Below are positions 39,051 to 54,465 of a DNA stretch of 64,000 nucleotides, in pieces. The notes beneath the pieces are model-generated. The model was not told where the DNA came from, ran no database searches, and worked only from the letters and a program-made list of their open reading frames with translations. Within the stretch, counting starts at the first letter, position 1. Each line of letters starts with the position of its first letter. The DNA is from Octopus sinensis (taxonomy: Eukaryota). Made by a program: the position numbers and the translations under genes. The stretch is from assembly GCF_006345805.1 (NCBI RefSeq), contig NC_043016.1, positions 3,162,001 through 3,226,000 of the forward strand, read 5' to 3'.

Positions 39051-39501
39051 CTGTGTGTGTGTGCATGTGTGTGTGTGTTTGTGTGCATGTGTGTGTGTGT
39101 CTCAGTGTATGCGTGTGTCTGAATGTCAAAATGATTGCTGTCTATACCAATAGTTGATACTACTGCAAATGTTCTTTTTTTCTGTAAGTGCATCTGCTCC
39201 AGTTTTAAAACAAATACCACAATTATAGCGCTTGTAGTACTGAGGAGATATAGCCTCCGGAAGATTAAGAATGTACATATGTATGTGCGGTGTATACCTA
39301 TATATGTATGCATATGTATATATATGTGTGCTTATATATGTATTTATATATGTATATATATGGATGTATATATATATATATTATAATATATATATATATA
39401 TATATATCCGTAAAAGTCATCTGCCTATCTATATACTATTAGACGGACGTAATTACACACGCATAGACACACACTGACAGACACACAGAATATATATATA
39501 T

Positions 39502-39533
<32 letters not shown>

Positions 39534-40286
39534 CGTGTCAATTAGCATGCTACCTATGTTTCATATCCAGACCTTGAAACATGTTTTTGTTCCTAGAGAA
39601 TTAAAAGAATTGTATATTTCAGACGGATAGTCTCAACTGCCTGGTAATCTCTTCACCGTGTTAATCCTAATAAATAATCCCAAAAGCTGGCTTAGTCCTT
39701 TCTGCTCTAATCAGATAAGCAGTAGTAAATGGGAGAAGGTGTAAGTATTATTGCTTTTGACTGACACGTTCTCATATTGAAATTAACCAATGATAACTGT
39801 AAACAATATATACTAGTATATCATTATCAGGTGATAAAGAAGAGAGGAAGGAAAAGAAAGCAAGGATGGTAAAATAGGAAGAAAAGAAAGAAAAACGAAA
39901 AGTGAAGAGAAGAGGAGGAGATGGAGAGGTGGAAAAGGTGAATGAATAAAACAAACGTGGAGTGAGGAGGTGAATTTAACATTAACGATGATGATGATGA
40001 CTGAGCTGCTCCTGGTGGTTGTGGTGGTGATGATGATGATGACGATGATGATGATGATGATGACGATGATGACGATGATGACGATGATGATGATGATGAT
40101 GATGATTAGATCTAATCAAATCTTTAAAGGTTGTCTTTCATGTAGAAAATGTAATTAATCAACAATACAATGTGGTACAAAAGTTAACACTTGATGAGTA
40201 AATGTCAGTGATTAATCAATAATCACCTCACCCATCTGGCCTACATTTCAACGAACCCAACCTACGACGTATACTCAACTCACTTT

Positions 40287-41445
<1,159 letters not shown>

Positions 41446-42267
41446 AGGTTATTTGTTTACTTTTGTCGTACATACTAGCAAAATTAATTATTTCAACTTA
41501 ATTGTTATATTTAAATTAGTTTTTGTACAGTGAAAAAAATAAACTGAGATTGACTGATAATTGTTTATATGCCATATTTATTTTAATTTTGTTAAGTGTG
41601 CCCTTCATAAACCAAGGGTCTCAAACTTCTAATTTGTTCGTTTTTTATTTTGTATATTTATATGCTCTGCTCGAATTAGCATTTTGTCTTTGAACAAACA
41701 AAGCTATTTTGAAATGTAAACAAATCGCTTAATTAGTTTACACTTTAATTCGATAGAATAATTTATATACATATGTACATGAGTGCGTGCACTTGTGAGT
41801 GCGTTTGTGTGCGCGTGTGTGTGTATCTGACTTATTGCCTGTGCACGTACATATATATACATTTTCATAACTATAAATATATGTACAGACAAATAGATTT
41901 AGGGAGAAAAATATGGTTGCATGTTGTTATATATATATATATGTAAAGGGAAAGTTTACGAAAATAAACAAAAGATGAAGACAGGTGGTGTACAAAATAA
42001 ACAGATGTATTAGTATAACGCTCAGGAATAGAAAATGTATTTTACGTTTCGAGTCTACGCTCTTGTACAGAAAGGGACACAGAAAAAACAAGGAGAGAAA
42101 AAAATATATATGCATGTATGTTGCGTTGCTATTATTTTAATCTATCGTGTGTCAAAATTTGACGAATTGCGTTTTATTCAATACTTAATTTTGCTTTCAA
42201 TTGTCGGTTCTTTTGGTCATACTATCGTATCTCCAGCTGCTTCATGTCATAAATTGTCAAAGTGTAG

Positions 42268-42572
42268 TACTCTCTTTTACTCTTTTACTCTTTTACTTGT
42301 TTCAGTCATTTGACTGTGGCCATGCTGGAGCCCCGCCTTTAGTCGAGCAAATCGACCCCATGACTTATTCTTTGTAAGCCTAATACTTATTCTATCGGTC
42401 TCATATATATGTCGGGCTTCTTTCAGTTTCCGTCTACCAAATCTACTCACAAGCCTTTGGTCGGCCCGAGGCTATAGTAGAAGGCACTTGCCCAAGGTGC
42501 CACGCAGTGGGACTGAATCCGGAACCACGTAGCTGGTAAGCAAGCTACTTACCACACAGCCACTCCTACGCT
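42268..42572 (-). mobile_element. SINE family B, internally deleted
   Basis: Head and tail both match family B. Confidence 0.92.
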
Positions 42573-42819
42573 TAGCGGTTTTGCTGTAGAATGAAATTAT
42601 TTTACCGTTCTCTGAAAAAGAAATGTCTTGGATTTACGACACTTTTGCATAATAGCAAAGATAAGTGTATACATATATATATACACATATATATATGTGT
42701 GTATGTGTGTGTGTGTGTATATGTATACAAATATGTGTGTATGTGAATACACACAAAACGCGCACACACACACACACACATATATATATTCATATACATA
42801 TATATACATACATACGTAC

Positions 42820-42889
<70 letters not shown>

Positions 42890-42891
<2 letters not shown>

Positions 42892-43645
42892 TTCCGGAAG
42901 CCGGCCTGTTCCCTCGTTGTTGTTCGTTGAGATGACGTGATAACCTGTTCAGAATTATCTTTGTGAACATTTTGTACACGTGAGACAGCAGCCTTATGGG
43001 TCGGTAGTTCTTTAGATCTTCTCTATCGCCCTTCTTATATAGCAGGATGGCATTTGACTCTTTCCACTGCGAGGGAGTTCTTCCCTCGTCTAGATAGTGC
43101 GTGAATCGCTCTGCGAGGATTTTCCAGAGCTGCTCTCTGCCTGACTTTAGCACCTCCGATGTTATGCCGACATCAAAAGTTCTGCAGTAGATCTGAAGAT
43201 GAACCGCATGAAAACGAAGTTCATGCGGCCAGACAACGTATCAATAGGTCGAATGGTCATCGGCAGTGATGAAATAGAAGAGGTAAAGGAATATATCTAC
43301 CTGGGGCAGGAAGTTAATATGTGCCGAGATATCGAAAAGGACATCTCACGGAATGTAAGGGCCGGATGAAAGGCGTTTAATGGCATAAGGGATGTGCTCA
43401 AGGGAAGGTTGGACAGGACCACCCGCGCCAACCTCATCAAGATGATATATATATATATATATATATCACTTCCACCTTGATCACCTTGACCATATTCTCT
43501 TCCTGCCCCAGGTAGATATATTCCTTTACCTCCCCTATTTCATCACTGCCGATCACCATTCGACCTGTTGATATGTTGACTGACCGCATGAACTTCGTTT
43601 TCATGAGGTTCATCTTGAGACCTACTGCAGAGCTTTTGATGTCGG
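42890..43645. mobile_element. RTE RT fragments in alternating orientation within (TA)n
   Basis: Minus strand: AILLYKKGDREDLKNYRPIRLLSHVYKMF; plus strand 43167-43440: LKMNRMKTKFM..IEEVKEYIYLGQ; inverted copy at 43499-43645. Confidence 0.88.
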
Positions 43646-43690
<45 letters not shown>

Positions 43691-45045
43691 GTGCATATAC
43701 ATGACACCCGAAACGCTTTCATATTTTATTGCAGTAACATAATTCAATAACTACCAAAATCAGACATATATTTCTAAGCCATTTTAGGGGTGGGGTTGTT
43801 TCCTTTTTTTTTTTTTCTAAAATGTTAAAATTGCAGTCAAATGCTCTGGTTCATCCCACTAGTTAAACAGTGTTCTTGGTTTGATTTGTAATGCTATAAG
43901 CAATTACTAACCAACCTAGAAATAGTCAGCATTCACGAAATTCAGTCCAAATATTTTTAATGGCTGCTTTAAGGAGAAACGTTGATGATGATAACATCGC
44001 ACCGACAGAAAATTGAAAATTAAACGAAAAAAAGAAATCAAATATCCAATTTAACTTCACAACTATTTTGAAAATTGTTCTTCTATTCAGATTATTTTCG
44101 GAATTTATGACAATAACGTTAAACGTGGAAGCATAATTTTCCTATTTTGGATCGTTTATTTACTCATTTCGGTATTTTAAAAGTGTTGTGTTAGAATTTT
44201 GCATCAGTATTTATTGGTGGACCCAGTGCTAATTATTCCGTTTTTAGTAGAATGCGATCTGGTGTAGATATTTATAACAGATTTATTACATTTTTTTAAA
44301 GATTTTGATCTTAAGGACACTTAGCATTATATTTTTGACGGTGAGTGTTTTGCCTTTTCAATGATTTTAGGCAGATCTAGATGAAAGTTCGGTTGATATT
44401 CCTATTACGTTAATCCATCAAATTCTGGCGGATTTTCTCGTGTTATTCATATATACACAAAATCATAGTTTGGTTGAAGAGCTATTTGGCTGCTGTTTCT
44501 CTAAAGCTTACTTAATAAGTAGAAGCTCATTTGCCAGCAAATACAGAAGATTGCGGCAAGATTTTGATGCTATTTCTCCCAGATTTCGACGTTAACTTAT
44601 ATAGACATACATTAATAAGACCGAGGGTGTGATGTAATGGTAGTGCAGCCACACAAATGCGCACTTGGTAGTTCATAGTTGTATACATACAAAGATAATA
44701 ATGTGTAGTTTAAAGAGCTTTGGGAGTTGCTATTTTTGCTAAGTCAAGCTTTGGCATACTGGCTACAGTATTCACTCAAACATATAGAGGTCATGCAGTG
44801 GAATGTGGTACAAGGGAAATTATTTTTTATCAGATTGTATCCAAAATATGGAAGTTAAACACGTTGACTCATACTTTTGTGTATATAAACATGGTGTGAT
44901 TTGAGGGAGATTTTAATAGTTTCTATCCTTCTTGCTAACATTTAGTAGAGCCTTTTTGAGTCATGCTTATAATCATTCATACATAAGAATATTAGATGTA
45001 AATAATGGAGATCTAGAGCTATTTCTACCGTGCCTTGCTACTACT

Positions 45046-45424
45046 AGGCGCAGGAGTAGCTGTGTGGTAAGTAGCTTGCTAACCAACCACATGGTTCCGG
45101 GTTCAGTCCCACTGCGTGGCACCTTGGGCAAGTGTCTTCTGCTATAGCCCCGGGCCGACCAATGCCTTATGAGTGGATTTGGTAGACGGAAACTGAAAGA
45201 AGCCTGTCGTATATATGTATATATATATATGTATGTGTGTCTGTGTTTGTGTGTCTGTGTTTGTCCCCCTAGCATTGCATGACAACCGATGCTGGTGTTT
45301 TTACGTCCCCGTCACTTAGCGGTTCGGCAAAAAGAGACCGATAGAATAAGTACTGGGGTCGATTTGCTCGACTAAAGGCGGTGCTCCAGCATGGCCGCAG
45401 TCAAATGACTGAAACAAGTAAATG
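45046..45424 (+). mobile_element. SINE family B, near full length
   Basis: A-box-like TAGCTGTGTGG, B-box-like GGTTCAGTCCC, internal microsatellite, tail ACTGAAACAAGTAAA. Confidence 0.95.
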
Positions 45425-46194
45425 AATAAATGAAATGAAATGAATGAATGTAAATTATCGTTCGTTTGTTCTTACATATAATATATATCAATGAGGCAGC
45501 AGGAATATTAGAATACAAAGACCCTAATTCGTGACTTTGATATTAGGACATAATTCATGATTGCTTTATTTGCTACTGAGAGTAAAAAGCATTTTCCCAC
45601 TCAGGAATAGCATAAAAAGGATGTGCTTATATATTTATTTCACCCGCAGCAAGACATTGACATGAGTGTGTGTGTGTGTGTGTGTGTTGTGTGTGTGTGT
45701 GTGTGGTGGTGTGTGTGTGGTGTGTGTGTGTGTGTGTCTGTGTTTATATGTATGTACAGTTTGTATGATAGAAGTGTTGTACAGATTTTATATATCAAGA
45801 AAATGGAGGTAGTCACAATTTTGGTTAATTATTTATTTGAGCTTTCATCACGTTCGTTTCAGAGACTCATCAGAAATCATTTTTTCAGAAAATGTCATGA
45901 TTTTTTTGTAGGAAGTACATCTTTCAGTGCTAAGCTGTGTGGTGTATACGATATTGTGTTTACTGTATTAATATCTAATAGACTAAGTCAGTTGTGTAAT
46001 CATGGACACTTCTTAGAGTCAACACATCAACATTTCATTGTACAGGGTATCTTTCATGCAGGATATAACACCTAAGTCTCAGGTAGATGTTGCAAAAGTA
46101 CCCGCTTTACACATACTCCTGCAGAGAAATTTTTGTGCCAGTGTATGTGTGCGTATGTTATTTGGTGGGGGGGGGGTTACTTCATATGGATTGA

Positions 46195-46497
46195 AAGCGC
46201 GTGGCTTAGTGGTTCATGATCGCAAGATCATGAGTTCGATTCGTGGTGGTGCACTGCGACTTCAATCATGACACTTTATTTCCCGTTTCCCTAGTTTACT
46301 CAGCTGGCTAAAATGGGTTCTACCGGTAATTCAAAGGGCCAGTCTTATCCCAGTCTTTGTCACGCTATATCTCTCGGAGAATACGTTAAGGAAACTCGTA
46401 TGTGTGGAGTGTTCAGTCACTTGAACGTTAATTTCAGGAATAGGTCGTTCTGCTGATCGGATCTACTGGAACCCTCGTCGACGGAGTGACGGTACTT
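46195..46497 (+). mobile_element. tRNA-derived SINE family C, diverged
   Basis: TGGCTTAGTGGTT (A box), GAGTTCGATTC (B box), then GACACTTTATTTC..ACTCAGCTGG.AAAATGG core. Confidence 0.7.
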
Positions 46498-47290
46498 CAT
46501 TTGCATTTGAACTGGAAAAGTCGTTGGTGATTAGACAGGTTAAACTTACTTTTAGTTATTTCATTTGTCGTCTAACATTTCTTGTCCTCTTTGAAACAGA
46601 GCCCGTTGTATAATGCAATCCGGGGGAGTAAAGACAGATGATTACAATGGAATTGCTTTTAATCACGTCCGCTTGAGATAAACAAAACTAACAATGCGTT
46701 TCAATTATCTTGAATGTTTATATTGTTTATAATTATATCATTTATTTGTTTAGTTATTAATCAGCCAATTAGGCAACGTCCTCGCGGAGAGCTAGTTAAA
46801 TTAAGTTCTACACACTGAAGGCAAATTTAAGTTGAAAAATTTAAATTAAAGCCTTCGCTTTTAGCGGTCGTATCAGTTCTAAGTAATAAATGCCTTTGAT
46901 TGGGTGAGAATGCAACTGCATACTAGTCATACATACTTTTTTCCAAGACTTAAGCGGTATATATGAAAATTCTTTGCTGTTAAAGTCACTATCTCGTCCT
47001 TTTCCTTAGAAGCTAACTCACTTAATCTTTGTAGTATTTCTGTAATTCATGAAAATATTGGTTATTTTCTTCATTAGATGGCATGGTTTAAAACTCAACT
47101 AAACTCTGGGTGTTAAATGGTGGTGGACGAGAGATGTTAATCTCATCACAGCTGTGTGTTTTCCTCCGCAGCACTAACCACAACCTACAATATATTTAGA
47201 TTTTGAAAAGGCGAAAAGAATATTTTAGCATAAGTCAAATGGGATATTGCGACATTTATACCTGTCTTGAAATGAATTAGCGGCTCTTAA

Positions 47291-47499
47291 CCTATTTATA
47301 CTCCTGGTTGCGTTTTCGCAACGCAAAACCCGATCCTACTTGTTTGGGCATGAACTCGCCGGCAAACATCTGACTGAATATACGTAATGTTCAGCAGGCA
47401 GTCTTCACATATAGCTATTGTCCTTCCCTTCCAGATTGTGAAAGCTTACTCTAACGTTTAATGTATATACAGTGAAATTTTTTTATGGGTATATATGGG
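47291..47499. mobile_element. piggyBac-type MITE
   Basis: TTAA at 47287-47290 and 47500-47503; imperfect TIRs CCTATTTATACTC / GGGTATATATGGG. Confidence 0.7.
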
Positions 47500-49087
47500 T
47501 TAAGGAATGTATCTACACTAACCAAGAGAGAATCGAATTTGGTTCAATCTTATATCATTAGGATTTTATTATTTGACCTACAGTCCTCACTACACGATAA
47601 CTCATTATCAGCTTACATCCGTATATTAACAGTGATTAACAGCAGTAAGAAAGGATGTTATGATTACCTGTATTTATGACATTGCACATACACATATCTA
47701 CAAGATCATTCATTAGCAATATCTTCCTTAGACTCGAACATCGTATAATAATGCACAGAATGTTACTGTAGCGGTTGACTGGTTACTGACCTGTTCATAT
47801 GCTGCTCTTCAGTATGCAAGCAGCTGTGTTCCATATCATATATCATTCCATCTACCAAAGTCCGTTCTCACTACTGCAATTTAAAGAATACCTAGTTTTG
47901 AGCTTTGCATCATCTGCTTTTGCACGTTATAAAGCCCTAATTCTTCTTGATTTCCTAAAATTCAAGCTGTAATTACATGCTCATTTTTGCTGTATTATCG
48001 TCATTGTTTAAACACAAACCAAATCTTATCAAGTGCATAACAATGATAATCAAAGACATTCCAATCATGATCACCCTGGCAATATTTTAGACAGAATATA
48101 TATTATACGCGTACGATAATATTTTCTAACGTACAGTCAAACGTTTTGAAGAAAGTGCAGTGTGATTAAATGGAAATTTAGTTACTCCTTCTAGCAGCTT
48201 AATTTATTTTGTTTTTAATCCCCAGAGACATAATGAACAAATCAGTTTCTTTTTGTGTACTGCATAAATCATCTGGTTTCTTCGAAAAAGCATATTACTG
48301 TCTATATTTGTAAAAAATGTCTCTTATTTGGAGGCAAGGTGTAACATGGTGTATCACTGCTTAAATCGGGCTTCATTTATTTATGTTTATCAGATTTTTG
48401 TTTCCTTCCTTCATCTGTTGATTTATTTGCATTTTATTTCTCCAGTTGTTTTAAATTTCGTTCTATAGACAGAGCGGTCATCTCTAAAACAAAGACACAA
48501 AAAATGACCAGTCTAATCACATGTGCAAAGCCATCTAACTCACACACATAAACATGTTTAAGGTCATATGTATGCTTTTATGCATATTTGTATGTCTGCC
48601 CCATATTCAAACACATATGTATATACATGTACATGCATTTATATATCTATGCATATGTGCATATGTGTGTTTATATACGTATAGACATTTCCACAAATAC
48701 ATTCATGTACACAAACACATGCTAAACCATATATATATATATATATATTATATATAATATATATAATATAAATATACTGTACAATAACAGTATATGATAT
48801 ATATCATAATTATATACGTTCTCCGATTTTGAAGCGGCAATTTTTAAATATAAACAAATGACCGAAAAATGATGAACTAACCTCAGGCTGAATCGAACCC
48901 ACAAATCGATGGTTTCATGGCTCCTTGCCAATCTGTATTATACAGTTATTATACTATGAGCCTTCCATACTAGCTTCTCTCCGTAACTCGGGTTTGTTTA
49001 TAAAAATATTATTTGATGTAGTTATATGCATATATATGTATATATGTATATATATATATTTATATATATTATATTATATATATATAT

Positions 49088-49423
49088 ATAATATAAATTG
49101 GAGATGGGCGATCGTTGTATTCTTTCTTGTTTTGGGGCTCACAGCCAAACGGCTGGGTGGAGTCACATGAAAAAATGGCACACATGTGGAGATGGGTACA
49201 CAGATTGGAATACGGTTTGTATTTTTTCCCTAGCCCCTATAGTTACCGAGAAATAGATTAAAACTTTTCCAATGGAATTCCCGTTTGTCCTGCCATTAAA
49301 ACAACCAGTTGCTCACACAGTTGGCATATACCATTTCGCTAGCAATGGGGAGTACAGGATGACAGTCAGCCAAAATTTTCGCTTTGCTGTCTCTCTTCTT
49401 CTCTCTCACATACACAGGCTCAA

Positions 49424-49454
<31 letters not shown>

Positions 49455-49762
49455 CACATTCATTTCATATATCTTCTTTCAATTTCTGCTCTCTGCAAAT
49501 AAAATGTTTATGGATACAACTGCTTACAAAAATAGGATTAATGTTATAATTTCATCTATGTTCATAATTAAATCAATGTTTTAATGATTAGACAGCTGTC
49601 CAGAAACAGACTACGATACAAATTCTTTCTTCACAATTGAGCTCTTTTCTGACAAGGAGGAATGATAAGTTGAGGGACACTGTTATAGATTATGCCTAAC
49701 CGAAACACGATCACAGCCATATCATCCAACAGACCGGGGTGAAACCGGGCTTACCTGCTAGT
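49088..49762 (+). mobile_element. Non-autonomous Helitron-type element
   Basis: TA-embedded 5' end; 3' hairpin CCGG-GGTGAAA-CCGG then CTGCTAGT. Confidence 0.75.
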
Positions 49763-49788
49763 ATATATATATATATATATATCTATAT

Positions 49789-49831
<43 letters not shown>

Positions 49832-49904
49832 ATGTGAGTGTATATATATATATATATGTGTGGGTGTGTGTGTGTGTGTGTGTGTATTATTTCTGTGTGA
49901 GTTA

Positions 49905-51250
49905 GAGGTTGGTAAACCAACCAACTAAGGGATAGTACCTATCCAATATACTGCTGGTAGTGTACCCAATTATTCATACCCAACTGCTGTTTATTGTGTA
50001 GCGATCTCACAATTGAGTATAATGTATGGGCGGGGGTAGAAAGTGGTTTACCCTTAATTTATACGGCAAATAAGAAACTGGAGAGGATGCAAAAACAACA
50101 TACATCAGCCGGTAGACATTCTAGTATGTCTGTTTATTCAAAAGTATTAGAAAGTATTAGAATATATATACATGTAATAACTAGGTGTTACACACGCATG
50201 TACTAATATTACAGAAAAGAGCTAAAGAGTGAAAGATCAGATTCTCAGTAGGTTCTATTTCCTTACGGCCGTTTCTGGCAAGAGGCAACGAAATACGGCA
50301 TGCTATCTCCACCTCTTCAGAGTTCTGCAGGGTTGGGCAGATAAAGTTTGGATGATGAATGTGCCTCTAGGCTTCTTCAGAGGGTCTAAGTGGTTGGGAG
50401 GGTTAATACATATAAGAAACAGTTAACAATAGGCACAGCGTGTTTGTCTTTTTTAAAAAGGGCAGAAAAAGAATAGAAGCAAACATGTGGATGTTAGTGA
50501 AGGACAACTTATTAAAATTATTTGGGTATAGGAAGGAGAATAAGCTACAGACTTCCCGTGATGTATTCCAAGATCCATGTTATTTAGTCCAATTGCGGAT
50601 AGGTGAATGTAATCGTTCCCAGGAGGATTTTTTCAGGAATGATGAATTTAGGCAGTAGTTCGCATTATGTTTACATAAAAATACAGTGGTGGATTTGAAG
50701 GCGGGTCTGTGTTACAGAGGTGAAAGTTTATATGTAAAGTGCCAACTAGTAGGTGCAACGTTGCGGATGGTATGGCATAAGCAGCCTATGACAGTGAACC
50801 CATTATGGGAAAATTTGATATATGAGTGTAAGGAACCAGGTGGGACTAAAGTGCGGTGTTAGTGTTCCTTAATTTTTGTTTATCAACAAAAAAATCGGCA
50901 CTTTACATATAAACTTTCACCTCCGTAACACAGACTATAACTTCAAATCCACCACCGTATTTCTATGTAAACATAATGCGAACTACTACATGAATTCACC
51001 CTTCCTGAAAAAACTCCATCTGAGAACGACTATATTCACCTAACTGGACGAAATAACATGGATCTTGGAATACATTACGGGAACTCTGTAGCTTATTCTC
51101 CTTCCTATATCCAAATAATTTCAATAAGTTGTGCTTCACTAACATCCACATGTTTGCTCCTATTCTTTTTCTGCCCTTTTAAAAAGACAAACACACCGTG
51201 CCTATTGATAACTGCTTCTTACATGTATTAACCCTTCCAACCACTTAGTG
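49905..51250 (-). mobile_element. Penelope-like 3' region with hammerhead motif and inverted duplication
   Basis: HHR-like motif at 50261-50325 (-); inverted arms 50386-50743 and 50897-51248. Confidence 0.6.
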
Positions 51251-52039
51251 AATCACTAGTTTAAATTTAATTTAGAATAGTAACATCGAGAAATATCTCG
51301 ATTATGGTCTCCGCATTAATAGCTATATATAAGTGCAAACGATCATACATTATACGGTGAGTCAAAAATAATTTTATGATATTCTTGATCGATGAAATTC
51401 TGGAAATCCTCCTCTCTTTTTAATTTGGGAATTACTATTTATTTCTTTATTTTTTAGCATTTCTTGCTGTCATAATTTCAACTGATTAAAGTTTTCGATT
51501 CCATTTCTCATGTGTGGCAGCTTGATCATAATTATCTGTGTTTCATACAACGAGCAAGAATGGAAAAATCTAATTTTCCGTGTCATTAGCCAAGATTATG
51601 TAAACAGTGAAGTATATTCCCACCAAAGCCTATATACTTTCCTCAACACATCCTGTGATTATGGGGAAATATACAACAAAATGCGCAAATTGCTTGAGAA
51701 ACCCAAGATTTTCCATTCCAAGTTGAAAGTGAAGAATTCATGGTTGTGGCAAGATAAAATGGCCTTCGTAGCAGATAGCATCAAAACTATACAATGAAGT
51801 GGAATGCTTTATGTAAATTCAGGACATGTGAACATTCAAAGGAAATAATTTATCACATTGTTTTTAGCTACGAAAAAATGCATGTACAAGCATAATTCTT
51901 TTGTAGGTTTCATACCATGGATGCTGTCTTTCATAGCAGCATTATGAAATACTAGCAAAAAGGAATGTGTATAAAAATGCGCCAGCAAATGTTTCACAGT
52001 ATGACAAACTGATCCTAATCCGGAATATACTAATACATA

Positions 52040-52365
52040 GAGACAGTGCGATCAATATCCGATATTGTTGTGAAACAACCGTGAAAATGTGTGTGTCATA
52101 ACAGAAATACCTGTCCCAATAATCGATAATTTATCTCTAAATGAAATGATAAAAATTATCCCTATATAAATATCTAAAAATACAGATAACCCGAACTGGG
52201 TGATTGAAAGCAGAAACACTCCCCTGCAATAATGGGTACCATGGGAATGGTTAAAACACTCTCAAATAAAATACAAGACCAAAACACTAAGAAATAACAT
52301 ATATACATAACACAGCACTACAAGCCACTGCACACGTATTATGTAGAGTACTTCCAATACAAAAC
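52040..52365 (+). mobile_element. R4/Dong-like RLE 3' remnant, very degraded
   Basis: PDIVVK..YKYLKIQITR..LPAIMGTMGMVK..TALQATAHVL. Confidence 0.65.
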
Positions 52366-52553
52366 GGAGAAAAAAAATTAAACTAAATGTAAACATCACA
52401 CATACGCAAGGCGCATACAGACGCGCTCAGTATTGTAGAAAAAGCACGCAATGAAAATAAGTCTACCGATAATTATCATCATCATCATCATCATCGTCGT
52501 CGTCGTCGTCGTCATCATCATCATTGTCATCATCATCAGCAGCAACGTTATCA

Positions 52554-52592
<39 letters not shown>

Positions 52593-53321
52593 TTATTATA
52601 TAAGAGCTTAAATAACAAAACAGTAAATCAAAGAAATATAAATGCACTACAATAAATAAATGAAATAGAGAAAGAATGTAAGAAATGATGGAAGGGGAAC
52701 AAAACGAAAGAGGGCGAGTGTAATCCAAATATTAATTCCTCGCCTGCGGTTGGTCTATGTTGACAGCTTCGGATTAAACTCTGGAACATTGGATAAATCC
52801 TAGACTAACACGCTGGTTTCGTTCTCTGCTCCTCAGCTTTCTACCAGTTAAACTAAACTCTTCCAACCAGTTTTCCATTCGCCATTTTACTTCTGCAAAA
52901 GCAGAAATCACCAAACAGTTATCTTATTTCATATCATATTCACAATAAAGCCAGTTTTTCTTTTTACACCAACAATGTCTTTCTTCATATTTCCTTCAGT
53001 CTCCTGCTTTATTTACAATATATTCCTCCCTTTTACAAAATAAGTAAATGAATAAATAGATAAGAATAAGAAATAAATTAAAACAAAACGAGGAAAAAAC
53101 CTGCATAAAATTATTCACACATGTACCTATCATACGTAACCACATACTCATAGGCGAGAATTAATAAATACGTACACATATATTTTAGAAACGTAAGCCA
53201 ATATTTATATATGCATGTGTGTGAGAGAGTGTGTGTGTGTACATTTATGTAGGTATAGATATATATGTATATATACATGTATATATAAGTATACTTATCG
53301 TTTATTCTCTCTTTCTTTCTT

Positions 53322-53364
<43 letters not shown>

Positions 53365-53384
53365 CAATAATAAATCTCTGAACG

Positions 53385-53459
<75 letters not shown>

Positions 53460-53461
<2 letters not shown>

Positions 53462-53910
53462 CGCAGGCATGACTGCGTGGTAAGAAATTTGCTTCTCAAG
53501 CAAATGATTCCGGTTTCAGTCCCACTGTGTATCAGTTTGAGCATATGTATTCTGCTATACCCTTGGGCCGACCAAAAACAGGCGAGTGGGTTTGGTAAAC
53601 AGAAACTGAAAGAGGCCCGTTGTATGAATATTTATATATATATATATATGTGTGTGTGTGCGTGCGTGTGTGTGTGTGTGTTTGTGTATGTGTGTGTGTC
53701 TTTGTGACTGTTTGTCACTACCCCCAGCACTACTTGACAACCGGTGTTGGTGTGTTTAAATCGTCGTAACTTAGTGGTTCATGAAAATATATTGATTGAG
53801 TACTAGGCGTAAGAGATCACTTCTCGGCTCGATTTGTTCAACTAAACCCCTCAAGGCAGCGCTCCATAATGGCCGCAGTCTAATGACTGAAACAAGTAAA
53901 AGAGTAAAAG
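53460..53910 (+). mobile_element. SINE family B, diverged
   Basis: Collinear with the 45046 copy from head to AAACAAGTAAAAGAGTAAAAG tail. Confidence 0.9.
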
Positions 53911-53956
53911 AATATTCAAATATGCACACACGCACACACACATATGTATATACATA

Positions 53957-53989
<33 letters not shown>

Positions 53990-54011
53990 GTACATGTGTA
54001 TACATACACAA

Positions 54012-54465
54012 TAGGCACAAGCATGTTTCTGTGGTTAGAAGCTTTCTTGACAGCCAAATAGTTCCACGTTAAGCCTCACTTCATGACAACTTGGGTACCT
54101 ATCTTCTACTATAGCCCCGGAGCCAACAAAATCCTTGTGAATGTATTTGGTAGAGGAAACTGAAGGAAGTCAGTCATCTCTCTCTGTCGCGTGCGCGCTC
54201 ATGTGTGTGTTTCTGTGTTTGTCCCCCCCCCCACATACTTACATACATACATATAGGTATGTGTGTCTGTGTTTGTCCCCCACCATCGCTTGACAACCGA
54301 TGGCAGCATGTCCACGTACCCGTAACTTAGCGGTTCGGCAAATCAGACCGATAGAATACGTAGCAGGTTTTAAAAGCAAATGCTGGGATCGATTCGTTAG
54401 ACTACAATTTTTCAAGGCAATGCCGTGGTTTCAGCTGTCGTCTAATGACTGCTGTGAAGTAAACC
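54012..54465 (+). mobile_element. SINE family B, diverged
   Basis: TCTTCTACTATAGCCCCGG..GCTTGACAACCGAT..TTAGCGGTTCGGCAAA. Confidence 0.85.

Noticed and set aside
45845-45876. Minus-strand CTGATGA-GTCTCT-GAAAC hammerhead-like core
   Set aside because: Triplet would be GUG and stem I does not pair; probably chance or too decayed
48860-48930. tRNA-like GGGTTCGATTC on the minus strand
   Set aside because: No cloverleaf; at most a decayed SINE head
51350-51800. Possible Tc1/mariner-like remnant (DYVNSEVY)
   Set aside because: Only one weak motif and no matching second TIR found
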